Assembly: GCA_016710585.1 (NCBI GenBank)
Contig: JADJVN010000002.1
Span: 87,791 to 151,790, forward strand
Source of the DNA: Saprospiraceae bacterium
GTDB taxonomy: Bacteria > Bacteroidota > Bacteroidia > Chitinophagales > Saprospiraceae
Length of the DNA stretch: 64,000 nt
Direction: 5' to 3'
Shown here: in pieces, positions 37,895 to 48,687 of the stretch
Layout: the number at the start of each line of letters is the position of its first letter
How positions within the stretch are numbered: position 1 is the stretch's first letter
Position numbers and translations under genes: made by a program
The notes under the pieces: model-generated
What the model was told of the DNA's origin: nothing
The model's database searches: none
The model's input: the letters and a program-made list of their open reading frames with translations, nothing else

Positions 37895-39571
37895 ATGAAA
37901 AAAATATTTACTTTCTTAAGTATTTTAGTTTTAATTTTGGAAATTCAAGCTCAATCACCCAAAAAAGTGGTTATAGAGCATTTTACCCAAGCCTCATGTC
38001 CTCCATGTGCTGGTACCAATCCAATCATTCATCCTATTATGGAAAGGAATGCAGATAAAATAGTGAGGGTCACACATCAAGTGAGCTGGCCGGGTGAAGA
38101 CCCAATGAATAAAGATAATTCTACTGATGTCGCGGGTCGTGTAAGTTATTATGGGATCAATGGCGTTCCATCATCAAGAGTTGGAGGTAATAATTTAGGT
38201 TCACCATTGGATGCAATCACTGACGATAATATCAATAGTGCTGCAGCTGAACAAACAAATTATGAATTAACCGTAAATCCTGTATTAAATCCAAACCTCA
38301 ACGAAGTAGAAATAAATGTTTCTATAAAATTGACTGGTCCACTACAAGGTAATCCTGTTTTGAGAGTGGCGATTAATGAGAAAATCATTTCTTGGGATAG
38401 CCCTCCAGGAACGAATGGCGAGAGAGAGTTTCATCATGTGATGAAGAAATATCTTCCCAATACAGCAGGAACAAATATCAAGGATCTAGCAACAGTTGGT
38501 GATACGAAGACAATTAAGTTTAATTATACATATAAGAATATTTATGATATTTCAACAATGGAAGTCGTAGCTTTTATTCAAGATGAATCCACTAAGGCGA
38601 TTGCTCAAGGAGCAAGTGCAGATTTCCCTTACGTAAAAACGAGTGGTGTAGATGGTGTTATTCGATTTGGCTCTCCGACTAGTGCTTCTAGTACATTGAA
38701 ATTATGTGGTACCAAAACAAGCCCATTGATAAATATTACAAATACTGGAAGTGAAGCAATAAGCAGTATCAAGTTTAATTCAAAAATAAATAATGGTGCT
38801 GTTTCTGAATTCGTTTATAATACAAATAGTCCTTTGAAATATCTTGAGACAAGACAATTAGTAATTGATAATATTGGAATCCCATTTGTTCAAAATGTTG
38901 GCAATAATATTGAAATAAAAATAATTGAAGTTAACGGCAAACCTGATCTAGGTACAGCCAATAATACTTTGAATATTAAGTTTGATCCAAGTCCTATAAC
39001 GACCTTAAATTCAATATTTGAAATAAAATCTAACTCAAAACCTGAATTGGTTACTTATAGTATCATCGATGATTTAGGCAAGGAAATTTTAAGAGGAGGA
39101 CCATTGACATCTAATACTGAAGTTAGGATTCCACTTACTTTAGAAAAAGACAGATGCTATGCAATCGAAACAGTTAATGATTATAATGCGTTTAACGTGA
39201 CTACCAAAATTTTTAATGATCAAAATGTCGCCATCTATACTGGAAGAGCTTTGGTACAAGGAAGGATTTTGGACTATGTGTCCACTTCAAATATTGTATT
39301 GAGTACTTTTGAAGATATTTCTTCAAAACTTGAACTTTCACCTAACCCAGCTCATAGCCATATTGATTTGAGATATAATGCAAATAGTGCTGGTGAGGTA
39401 AATGTAAAATTGATGAATGAGGCAGGAGTTTCATTAATAGCAAAAACTTTTAAGACCTCAACTGGTGATAACTTACTAAAAATAAATGTTGACCATATTG
39501 CTCCAGGATTCTATCTTTTAGAAATGAATGAAAATAGTAAAAGAGCTGTAAAGAAAGTTATTATAGAATAA
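37895..39571 (+). CDS. Omp28-related, thioredoxin-like surface protein with T9SS type A sorting domain
   Basis: The ATG at 37895 gives MKKIFTFLSILVLILEIQAQ. VVIEHFTQASCPPCAG. C-terminal LELSPNPAHSHIDLRY...GFYLLEM... Confidence 0.75.
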   Translation: MKKIFTFLSILVLILEIQAQSPKKVVIEHFTQASCPPCAGTNPIIHPIMERNADKIVRVTHQVSWPGEDPMNKDNSTDVAGRVSYYGINGVPSSRVGGNNLGSPLDAITDDNINSAAAEQTNYELTVNPVLNPNLNEVEINVSIKLTGPLQGNPVLRVAINEKIISWDSPPGTNGEREFHHVMKKYLPNTAGTNIKDLATVGDTKTIKFNYTYKNIYDISTMEVVAFIQDESTKAIAQGASADFPYVKTSGVDGVIRFGSPTSASSTLKLCGTKTSPLINITNTGSEAISSIKFNSKINNGAVSEFVYNTNSPLKYLETRQLVIDNIGIPFVQNVGNNIEIKIIEVNGKPDLGTANNTLNIKFDPSPITTLNSIFEIKSNSKPELVTYSIIDDLGKEILRGGPLTSNTEVRIPLTLEKDRCYAIETVNDYNAFNVTTKIFNDQNVAIYTGRALVQGRILDYVSTSNIVLSTFEDISSKLELSPNPAHSHIDLRYNANSAGEVNVKLMNEAGVSLIAKTFKTSTGDNLLKINVDHIAPGFYLLEMNENSKRAVKKVIIE

Positions 39572-39590
39572 ATTATAATTTGATTTTTTT

Positions 39591-39625
39591 AAAATGGAGT
39601 TAATTTATTAGCTCCATTTTTTTTG
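39591..39625. terminator. Bidirectional rho-independent terminator between convergent genes
   Basis: AAAATGGAG-ttaatttattag-CTCCATTTT, followed by further T residues. Confidence 0.5.
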
Positions 39626-39630
39626 CTATA

Positions 39631-40497
39631 TTATATCATAAAATATTTTCTGATTCCAATATTATATGTCATTGCCTGAGGACTGTTTTTAAAATAGCTA
39701 AAATAACTGATGATAGATTCAAGCTCATAATTTCCTAAGAAATATTTATACCCGATCCCAAATTGCCCATAACTATTAAAATTGACTTTATTATCAAGCG
39801 ATTTTATAAAGTTTATTTTAGGCGACAGTTGACATAATAAATAAAAAAAATTTTGTTGGTTGATATAATAACCAGGCAAATAACTAATATTCAAAGTGAG
39901 TGGTAGATAATATCCATTGTTGTTGAATAAATCTTTAGAAATATTTTCTATTAAATATGAGAATTCGATGAAGTGATTGAAATTTGTAGAATATCGATTT
40001 AAGAAAACTTGACTTTGTAGACTTATACCATCCCAATCTAAAAATCCTTGCTGATAATCGCTAAGTTTTTTCTGCAATGGTAAACCAATTGTGTGTTGGA
40101 TAGAAGTATTAAACTTAAATATTTTTGCATCATGTCTTAAGATAAAACTTAGTGCAGAGATTCCTTGTCTCTGATAGTATGGTGTAGCATGTGCAGAATT
40201 AGATTTGAAATCAAAACTTGAAAAGAATTTATAATCATTTGCGACATCAACTGATCGCAGTTTTAGCCTTAAACCGATATTAATGTTGTCCCTTACACCA
40301 TAAATACATTCTGGAATGATATTGAGGAAATGAATATATTTGTCTGTACTTCGCTCCTGGTAAAGATTGGTGAAAAAATGTATATCACCTTTTCCTTTTT
40401 TGTAAGTTGAAGTTGAAAAACTTGCTAGACCATTCTGTGCGTCACAATTTAATAAATATAGAATTAGAACTAAAATATAGATGATGCGATCAAGCAT
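39631..40497 (-). CDS. Hypothetical outer-membrane (beta-barrel-like) protein
   Basis: 288 aa with signal MLDRIIYILVLILYLLNCDAQ and Tyr/Phe-rich alternating strands. Overlaps the upstream gene by 8 nt. Confidence 0.5.
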   Translation of the reverse strand: MLDRIIYILVLILYLLNCDAQNGLASFSTSTYKKGKGDIHFFTNLYQERSTDKYIHFLNIIPECIYGVRDNINIGLRLKLRSVDVANDYKFFSSFDFKSNSAHATPYYQRQGISALSFILRHDAKIFKFNTSIQHTIGLPLQKKLSDYQQGFLDWDGISLQSQVFLNRYSTNFNHFIEFSYLIENISKDLFNNNGYYLPLTLNISYLPGYYINQQNFFYLLCQLSPKINFIKSLDNKVNFNSYGQFGIGYKYFLGNYELESIISYFSYFKNSPQAMTYNIGIRKYFMI

Positions 40498-40840
40498 AAA
40501 TAAAGTTCTTAATTTTTGATCCTAAATAGGCACCAAGCCCAGCAGTGATTCCACCCAAAAATGCACTAAGGATGATTAAATTGAATTCATTTAATCCTTG
40601 GAATATTTGTCCAATCATTTTTACAACATTTGATGTGGATGTTAAACTTAAATACCATAAGTAAATCGTCCATGCAGCAGAGACAGTCGCAAATCCTATG
40701 GCAAATGATGTCTTTGATTTTTCTAAAAACAGAAATGCAAAAATCAATGAAAGACTAAATAAAATGATGTACCCATAATTTTCAGAATTGATCAAGAGTG
40801 AGCTGATGGAAATCGCAATGGTATAAAATAATGCTTTCAT
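40490..40840 (-). CDS. Small integral membrane protein (about 4 TM)
   Basis: 116-aa ORF that is hydrophobic throughout. Starts 2 nt after the acylase stop. Confidence 0.55.
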   Translation of the reverse strand: MKALFYTIAISISSLLINSENYGYIILFSLSLIFAFLFLEKSKTSFAIGFATVSAAWTIYLWYLSLTSTSNVVKMIGQIFQGLNEFNLIILSAFLGGITAGLGAYLGSKIKNFIYA

Positions 40841-40842
40841 GA

Positions 40843-43254
40843 TTAATTAAATTTAATAGTTGAAATTGCTTTATTGAGTTGTTCTGGATTTTTGATATAT
40901 TGAAGTTTTCGATATTCACCTGTGCGCCATCGCTCCACCATATTCATATAATATTTGCTACCAGGATTTCCAGATTGACCTCCTGGATAGATACCTATTG
41001 CTTCTGGTCCACTTTGTGTTAGCTCTACGATCATTCTCCAAGAGGGTCCCCAAGTTCTTGCATGTGCATTCAAGATATCAGCACCACCAGAGCTACTGAT
41101 GAATGGAATGCCAAATGCTGGGATTCTTGCCATATGTGAAATACTTGCTTTTTTATATTCCCCCCAATTTTTGAATGGTTGTTTGATAAGATATTCTTGT
41201 AGAGAATCTAAAGCTAGGAGAATAATGTCTTTTCCATTCTCAATTTGAGGCGTTGATGTCATATCAAAATATTTCATCTTTGAATCTTCATTTAGCATTT
41301 GAATGGTAATAGGATCACCAGGAAGTTTTACATTTTCTTTTGTAGAGTCATTTAGGATTTCATCCCAAGTCAACTTATAAAAATAATCATACCATCGATC
41401 AAATAATCCTGGAATTCTAGATGTCGAGTCATAATTACAATCCCATGTTTTAAATTGATTCAAGATACTTGCATGTTTTGAATTGTTGATTTCGACGGTA
41501 TCTAAGTTATGAAAGATTGCTTCAATTGCAGTTTTAGCTTTAAGTGAAAAATTATTTAATTGAAGCTGCTTCATTTTTTCTTTTGTCCATGCATTTTCCT
41601 TAGATAAATATTGATTGAGCACTGTACCTCTATAATCTCTGAAGTCACCTGAATTATAATAATTGGGGAATGTAGCATCTGTAGAATTTTGATTTGCAGA
41701 TGATACAAAGCCCCTAGCGGGATTAATTATATACGGTGTTTTTTCATTTGGGAGAAATCCTGCCCATGCATTTTTTGAATCACTTCCATCTTGAATAAAT
41801 CGACCTTACTGATTTCTTTTGATAGGCATATTTCCTTGAACAGTCAGCGCAATGTCATTTTCTCGAGATGCAAATGCAAAATTTTGAGATGGATAAGAAA
41901 ATTTCTTAATTGCCTTTCTATATTCATTGACGTTTTTTGCTTTATTCAAATCAACAAAAACATCAAGTTCACAGCTCGTTGAAGCTTCTGAAATAATCCA
42001 GTGCATAGCCAAATCTTTTTTTGGATGTGTGCCATCATAGACGATTGGACCCCACTTCGTGAGTTTGACTGTATCACTTATTTCTTCAGCATCTTTCACT
42101 TTTATTTTTTCTATTCTGGTTTCAATATTTATCCATTCACCATCATAGAGATATTTTTCTTTTTTATTGTCTTTCCACTGTATTGAATACCAATCCATGA
42201 CATCCCATCCACCATTCGTTACTCCCCATGCAATGTATTCATTGAATCCAATTACGATACCAGGAATACCTGGAAACGTGACGCCATATACATTTCGATC
42301 TGGAGTGATTATTTGTTGTTCAAACCATATACTTGGCAGTGTAAAAGATAGATGAGGATCATTACATAGTATTGGATTTTTATTTTCTGTTTTAAAGCTA
42401 TTCACAGCCCAATTATTGCTACCTAGTCCCGTTTCTTTTGGTTCAGCTTCAATTCTTCTAAAACCAGTTTCTAAATTTTTTTTGTTATTTTTGGATGAAA
42501 CTAAACTATCTTGATTGAGATTCCATTTTGTTCCTTTAGGAATCACAGGATCCAGTAGCTTATCTTGTTCTGGGAATAATTTTTCAAAATTAGATCCAAA
42601 GAATTCTTTAGCTGCTGTCAATTCAATATCATATTCTCTGCCACAAAGGACATCAGCCATATTTTTATGGAATAAGGCTGACTTATAAGCTGTCCATTTT
42701 TCTGGTGCAAAATTCATCAATTTATATTCAATTGGATAATTGGAGTAATCTAGCTTTTGAATATAGGCATTGACACCTGCGACATAAGCCTCGATGAGAT
42801 TGAATGACTCAGGAAATTTTTTCCATACTTCTACACTAGTTTTTGCAGATTCCGCAAATCCTTTTCTTCTTCTTGTTTTATCGAAGTCAATTGCTTTGGG
42901 TCCAATTATTTCACTAATACGACCTTCAGCAGCACGTGTCGAAAAATCCATCTGCCATAATCTGAATTTTGCATGAATATAACCTTGGAGATAATAAGCA
43001 TTTGCTAGATCATTGGCAAAAATATGAGGAATACATTCGTCATCTAATATTATTTCTCCTTTGAACTTTTGATCTTTTATTTCCTCAATTGCTTTCATAT
43101 CATCCAATCTTTGATTTTGCCAAAAACCAGTTCGAGGAGAAAAAAATTTCCCAAGAGGTGGTAATTTTTGATCTCCCTTTGAGATGCTTATATTCAATAA
43201 ATATAACCATGCAATTGATAAGATTGTGGTAAAAACCAATGAAGCTATTTTCAT
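40843..43254 (-). pseudogene. Penicillin/AHL acylase-family Ntn-hydrolase (S45) interrupted by one in-frame TAA
   Basis: 2412 nt is 804 codons in a single frame. The sequence reads ...QGNMPIKRNQ*GRFIQDGSDSKNAWAGFLPNEKTPYIINPARGFVSSANQN... across the TAA at 41806-41808. The nucleophile motif GLGSNNWAV lies upstream of the stop. Confidence 0.85.
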
Positions 43255-43334
43255 ATTAACTTTGTTGATTGTATCTGATACTTTCGAAAACTAAAAGTAC
43301 AATATTTTTGGAAATCAGAAACCTATAATGCTAA

Positions 43335-44555
43335 CTATGTTGATAATTTATTTTTATTGGTAAAATAATGTAGTAATAAGTAACCGCCACTTGTCAGGAC
43401 ACAGACAAGTGCAATGGACCACCACAGAATTGTAAATCCAAAATGAGCAGCAATATATGTTCCTGTAGAAGGGCCAATAATATGTGCGGCAGAAAAAGCA
43501 ATAGTATACCATGCAGCATAGGAACCTCTGTTTTCATCAGTAGATCTATCTAGCCACCAAGTCAGCATAAAAGGCATTGCAATGATTTCAGCAATGGTAA
43601 ATATTAGAGTCGAAATGATTGCTATTAAAAGGCCGTTACCAGCCATAATATTAAATATAATATAGGATAAACTCAACAACAATGTTCCGATCGACATCAA
43701 GATGAGATCTTTTCTGATTATGCTTAATTGATAGACGACCAACATTTCAAATAATGCGATGATCAATCCATTTAAAGCCATAGTCCAACCTATTTGTATT
43801 TCAGATAATCCCAAAACTGTTTTCAAATAAACTGGAAGCGTAGAAAAAACTTGAAAAAAGGATATTGCAAACAACAGTTTTAGAATAATAAAAATAACAA
43901 ATGGCTTATCTTTAAAAATCGACTCCCTTTGCTTTTTTAGCTCTGTTTTTTGTGTTTGATTTTTGAGCTGAATATTGGGCAAATAAAACCAAACTACCAA
44001 AGCAGCAAAAATATTTGTAAGTCCATCCACATAGAATAAATATTTATAATTTTGGCTAGCCAAAATTCCTGCAAGTCCACCTCCAAAAGCCCAACCTAAA
44101 TTTACTGATAATCTAACAAGTGAAGAACAGCGAGTTCTATTTTCTTCTGTACTGAATACTCCTATAGCTGCCATATTTGGTGGCCTAAAAGCTTCATTAA
44201 CTAATCCTAATAATATACAAACTATTGAAATAGTAAATAGTGTTGACATTGCTGAAAGGACAAAGAAAAGTATTCCACCACCTAACAGTGAATAAAATTG
44301 AATTTTATGATAACCAAAGAAATCTGTGAGTCTTCCACCAACCCATGCTCCCAATACTGATCCCAATCCATAACACAATAATACTGTTCCAGAACTCTCT
44401 AAAGAAAAGCCCATTGACTGCGTGATATACATGGACATAAATGGGATGACCATCGTACCACTTCTATTGATGAGGTTGACCAAAGAAAGTAACCATATGG
44501 GACCTGATAGCCCTTCAAATGCAGTCTTATATATATGAATAACTCTTGAGATCAA
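43335..44555 (-). CDS. MFS transporter
   Basis: 406 aa with 12 TM segments and an MFS-like GGRLTDFFG loop. TTG start. Confidence 0.85.
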   Translation of the reverse strand: MISRVIHIYKTAFEGLSGPIWLLSLVNLINRSGTMVIPFMSMYITQSMGFSLESSGTVLLCYGLGSVLGAWVGGRLTDFFGYHKIQFYSLLGGGILFFVLSAMSTLFTISIVCILLGLVNEAFRPPNMAAIGVFSTEENRTRCSSLVRLSVNLGWAFGGGLAGILASQNYKYLFYVDGLTNIFAALVVWFYLPNIQLKNQTQKTELKKQRESIFKDKPFVIFIILKLLFAISFFQVFSTLPVYLKTVLGLSEIQIGWTMALNGLIIALFEMLVVYQLSIIRKDLILMSIGTLLLSLSYIIFNIMAGNGLLIAIISTLIFTIAEIIAMPFMLTWWLDRSTDENRGSYAAWYTIAFSAAHIIGPSTGTYIAAHFGFTILWWSIALVCVLTSGGYLLLHYFTNKNKLST

Positions 44556-44690
44556 AATAGAAAATTAGTATTTATAATGTTTTATTAGTCAAAATGTTTA
44601 GAGGAAATCTTTAATTTCAAATTGCATTTTTATCCATGATTCATAATTAATTTCTTTACCTTTAAGCTTTATTTTGGAATAAAATATTAA

Positions 44691-46159
44691 ATGATAAGTC
44701 CAATTATTTGTTTAGTTTTTTTCTTAGGATATTTCGTTTTATTAATATCTATAGGATTTTATACATCAAAGAATGATGATTCTAATGAGAGTTTTTTTAA
44801 TGCAAAAAAATCATCCCTTGGTATCTTGTTGCATTTGGAATGATCGGGACTTCACTGTCTGGGGTTACATTTATTAGTATTCCTGGTGTAGTCGGTGCAG
44901 GTAAAGGAAATCAATGTTTCTCTTATATGCAAATGGTGTGGGGATATTTGATAGGTTATGCTATCATTGCAAATGTGTTAATGCCCATCTATTATCGCTA
45001 TCAGGTGACTTCTATTTACCAATATTTGGGAGAGAAATTAGGAGTAAGTGCATACAAGACTGGAGCAGCATTTTTTTTGATTTCAAGGACGATTGGAGCG
45101 GCTTTCAGGATGTATATCGTTGCATTGGTATTATATCAATTTGTATTTATTCATTTTCATATACCTTTTTGGTTTACTGTATTGTTATCAATATTTTTGA
45201 TTTGGGTTTACACCTATCGTGGTGGGATTAAGACGATCATTATTACAGATACATTTCAGACAGTTTGCATGCTTGCTTCTGTAGCTTTGACCATTTACTA
45301 TCTTGCATCGCAAATGGATCTTGGAATCATTGATTTTTTCAATACAATATTTCAGTCAAAGTATGGTAAAATATTTTTCTTTGAATCTGGTTGGAGTGAC
45401 CCGAATTATTTTTATAAGCAGGTATTAGGAGGAATGTTGATCGCATTAGTGATGACTGGATTAGATCAGGATATGATGCAGAAAAATCTGACGTGTAAGA
45501 CATTAAGAGAAGCTCAAATAAATATGTTCAGTTTTTCAATGTTGTTGTTCATTGTAAATTTTGCTTTTCTCAGTTTAGGAGCAGCATTATATTTATTCGC
45601 AGCTCAAAATAATATTGCAATACCAGAAAAGTCTGATGCTTTATTTCCAATGATAGCCTTTAATTATGTCAGTGGCACTGCATCTATTTTATTTTTATTG
45701 GGACTGACAGCATCAAATTATGCGAGTGCAGATTCTGCTTTAGCTTCATTGACGACTTCGTTTTGCATCGATTTTTTAAATTTTGAGAGTAATGATTGGA
45801 CAGAAAAACAGAAGAAGAGAAATCGAACTTTGGTTCATCTAGGATTTTCATTTTTACTATTTTTGATTATTGTAATATTTTACATTATGAATGATGATGC
45901 TGTCATCAATAAAGTGTTTCAATTTGCTGGATATACCTATGGACCATTATTGGGATTATTTGCATTTGCTATTTTTACAAAACGCAAATTCAAGGTGAAT
46001 ATTTTAGTTCCTATTATATGTTGTATGGCTCCATTTTTAACCTATTTTATTGCAGAGCATTCAGTTCAGTGGTTTAATGGTTTTACTTTTGGGAATATAC
46101 TCGTTGCAGTTAATGGTTTAATTACATTTCTTGGTCTTTTAATTGTATCAAACAAATGA
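44691..46159 (+). pseudogene. Sodium:solute symporter (SSS family) with a frameshift in the N-terminus
   Basis: The ATG at 44691 gives MISPIICLVFFLGYFVLLISIGFYTSKNDDSNESFFNAKKSS. The next frame continues (P)WYLVAFGMIGTSLSGVTFISIPG. The junction is the CCC at 44815-44817, and 1469 nt is 1 short of a whole frame. Confidence 0.8.
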
Positions 46160-46965
46160 TTGATTTTAAAATCACAGAAGGAGAGTCTCTGCATAAGAAT
46201 TTAGAACAATTATCTGTTTTAGAAATATTGAATCAGATTAATTCAGAAGATAAAAAAGTTGCTGAAGCAGTAGAACAATGTATCCCAATGATTCATCGAC
46301 TAGTAGAACACCTCATTCCAAAAATGGAAATGGGTGGAAGATTGTTTTATATCGGATCAGGTACAAGTGGTAGACTTGGTATCGTAGATGCTAGTGAATG
46401 TCCACCTACATTTGGCGTTTCAGATAATGTAGTGATTGGAATCATAGCTGGAGGTGATCAAGCGATACGCAAAGCAGTGGAGCATGCTGAGGATAATAAA
46501 GTACAGGCATGGCAAGACTTGGAATCTTATGCTATTAATGAGTTTGATACTGTAATTGGTATTGCAGCCAGTGGAAGTACACCTTATGTTCTTGGAGGAT
46601 TGGAGTGCTGTCGCGAGAATAAAATATCAACAGGATGCATTACCTGCAATCCTCAAAGTCCAATTACTTTATTAGCAGATTTTCCAATTGTGTGTGTTGT
46701 AGGACCTGAATTTTTGACTGGCAGTACCAGGATGAAGTCGGGGACAGCTCAAAAATTAATACTAAATATGATCTCCACAAGTATTATGATTAGATTGGGA
46801 AAAGTAAAAGGGAATCAAATGGTGGATATGCGCATTAGTAATAAAAAATTATTCGATAGAGGAGTGCGAATGATTCAACAAAATTTGAATGTTAATGAAG
46901 ATGATGCAAAAACCTTGTTAGAAAAATATGGTAGTGTGAGAAAAGCAATTGAGTCAATTAAATAA
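46156..46965 (+). CDS. murQ: N-acetylmuramic acid 6-phosphate etherase
   Basis: GRLFYIGSGTSGRLGIVDASECPPTFG and TGSTRMKSGTAQK. The ATGA overlaps the symporter stop. Confidence 0.9.
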   Translation: MIDFKITEGESLHKNLEQLSVLEILNQINSEDKKVAEAVEQCIPMIHRLVEHLIPKMEMGGRLFYIGSGTSGRLGIVDASECPPTFGVSDNVVIGIIAGGDQAIRKAVEHAEDNKVQAWQDLESYAINEFDTVIGIAASGSTPYVLGGLECCRENKISTGCITCNPQSPITLLADFPIVCVVGPEFLTGSTRMKSGTAQKLILNMISTSIMIRLGKVKGNQMVDMRISNKKLFDRGVRMIQQNLNVNEDDAKTLLEKYGSVRKAIESIK

Positions 46966-46975
46966 ATAAAATGTC

Positions 46976-48583
46976 ATGACCAATAAGGAAATTGCAGCAT
47001 TGTTTAATGAGTTGGCGACTATGATGGAAATTCATGGAGAAAATGAATTTAAAATCAAAACTTATGCCAACGCTTATTTGACATTAAGGAAATTAGATCA
47101 GCCTTTGCTGGAACAGAGCAAAGAAGAAAATATGATGATCAAAGGGATTGGTTCAAGTGTTGCAGATAAAATTGAAGAAATAAAAAAAACAAACACATTT
47201 CAAGTCTACGAGGAGTTTAAGAATAAGACCCCAAAAGGTGTGCGTGATATCATTAAGATAAAAGGACTAGGCCCTAAAAAAGTCAAAACAATATGGAGGG
47301 AACTTGAGATCGAATCATTGGGCGAATTGCTCTATGCTTGTCAGGAAAATCGATTAGTCACATTAAAAGGATTCGGAGTTAAAATTCAGAATGAGGTCAT
47401 TTCCAATATTGAATTTTTAAATGAAAATACTGACTCCTTTTTATATCCTCAGATAGAAAAAGTAGAGCAAGAATTAATCAAAGAACTAAAATCATTAAAT
47501 CCAAATACTAGAATAGAATCCACAGGTGCATTTAGAAGACACTTGCAAATCCTAGAAGGACTAGATATCCTAGCTGATTCGTCATTAATTTTACCAAATA
47601 GTATTGCCCAAGTCAATGGAAAGATTTTATTTAATGAAAGAGTGCCAATAAATTTTCATTATACAAGTCCTGAAGAATTTGGTTCAAAGTGGATTGAGAC
47701 TACTGGTGGATCAAATAAATTTTTAGCCAAAATTGATTTTAAAAAAGAAGCTTCTAGAACCGAGTCAGAAATTTTAATCGATGTCTTTGGTAAATTTATT
47801 CCTGCTGAATGCAGAGATAATGAAGACGTTCAGAAATTGAATATCGAAGCTCTAGTGACTCATTCTGATCTTAAGGGTATCATTCACAATCATAGTACTT
47901 ATAGTGATGGAATATATTCATTGCGAGATATGACTATGGAATGTATGCGTTTGAATTATGAATATTTTGTCATTTCAGATCATAGTAAAACTGCAAGTTA
48001 TGCCAATGGACTTAACATAGATAGATTGTACACACAATGGAATGAAATCGATAGTATAAATAAAGAGTTTCCTTCTTTTAAAGTATTTAAGTCAATCGAA
48101 TCGGATATATTGTCCAACGGGGACTTAGACTATGATGATGAGATATTAGGAAAGTTCGATTTGGTCATCGCTTCCATTCATCAAAATTTAAACATGGATT
48201 TGGATAAGGCTATGATAAGATTGATTAAAGCGGTAGAGAATCCATTTACACGGATACTGGGTCACCCAACTGGAAGATTGTTATTATCTAGAAAGGGCTA
48301 TCCTGTAGATTTTATAAAATTAATCGATGCTTGTGCTGCAAATAATGTCGTCATAGAGTTAAATTCAAATCCATATCGTCTAGACATGGACTATTCGCAT
48401 ATCGATTATGCTCAAGAAAAGGGTGTATTAATTTCGATTAATCCAGATGCTCACAATTTATTAGCAATCCAAGATGTTAAATATGGTATAATGGCGGCAA
48501 GGCGCGGAAATCTTCAAAAATCTAATTGCTTGAATACCATGAATTTGGCAGAATTTGAAACTTGGATTTCGAGTAAAAAATAG
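46976..48583 (+). CDS. PolX-family protein with C-terminal PHP domain
   Basis: N-terminal HhH region (IKGIGSSVADKI, IKGLGPKKV). Pol-beta-like core TGAFRRHLQILEGLDILA. PHP motifs HNHSTYSDG, SDHS and ASIH. Confidence 0.85.
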   Translation: MTNKEIAALFNELATMMEIHGENEFKIKTYANAYLTLRKLDQPLLEQSKEENMMIKGIGSSVADKIEEIKKTNTFQVYEEFKNKTPKGVRDIIKIKGLGPKKVKTIWRELEIESLGELLYACQENRLVTLKGFGVKIQNEVISNIEFLNENTDSFLYPQIEKVEQELIKELKSLNPNTRIESTGAFRRHLQILEGLDILADSSLILPNSIAQVNGKILFNERVPINFHYTSPEEFGSKWIETTGGSNKFLAKIDFKKEASRTESEILIDVFGKFIPAECRDNEDVQKLNIEALVTHSDLKGIIHNHSTYSDGIYSLRDMTMECMRLNYEYFVISDHSKTASYANGLNIDRLYTQWNEIDSINKEFPSFKVFKSIESDILSNGDLDYDDEILGKFDLVIASIHQNLNMDLDKAMIRLIKAVENPFTRILGHPTGRLLLSRKGYPVDFIKLIDACAANNVVIELNSNPYRLDMDYSHIDYAQEKGVLISINPDAHNLLAIQDVKYGIMAARRGNLQKSNCLNTMNLAEFETWISSKK

Positions 48584-48687
48584 GATTATAAAAATATTAA
48601 CATAGCATTTGATAAAGGATAAAACTTGGAAGAGTAAGTCATTTTAATTTTACAAAGATTTTTGAAAGACATAAATTCAATTTAACC

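Noticed and set aside
40843-43254. The two acylase ORFs as naturally separate alpha- and beta-subunit genes
   Set aside because: The Ntn nucleophile motif (GSNNWAV), which marks the start of the beta-subunit, lies about 200 codons upstream of the stop. The break is therefore inside the beta-subunit, and both parts share one uninterrupted frame.
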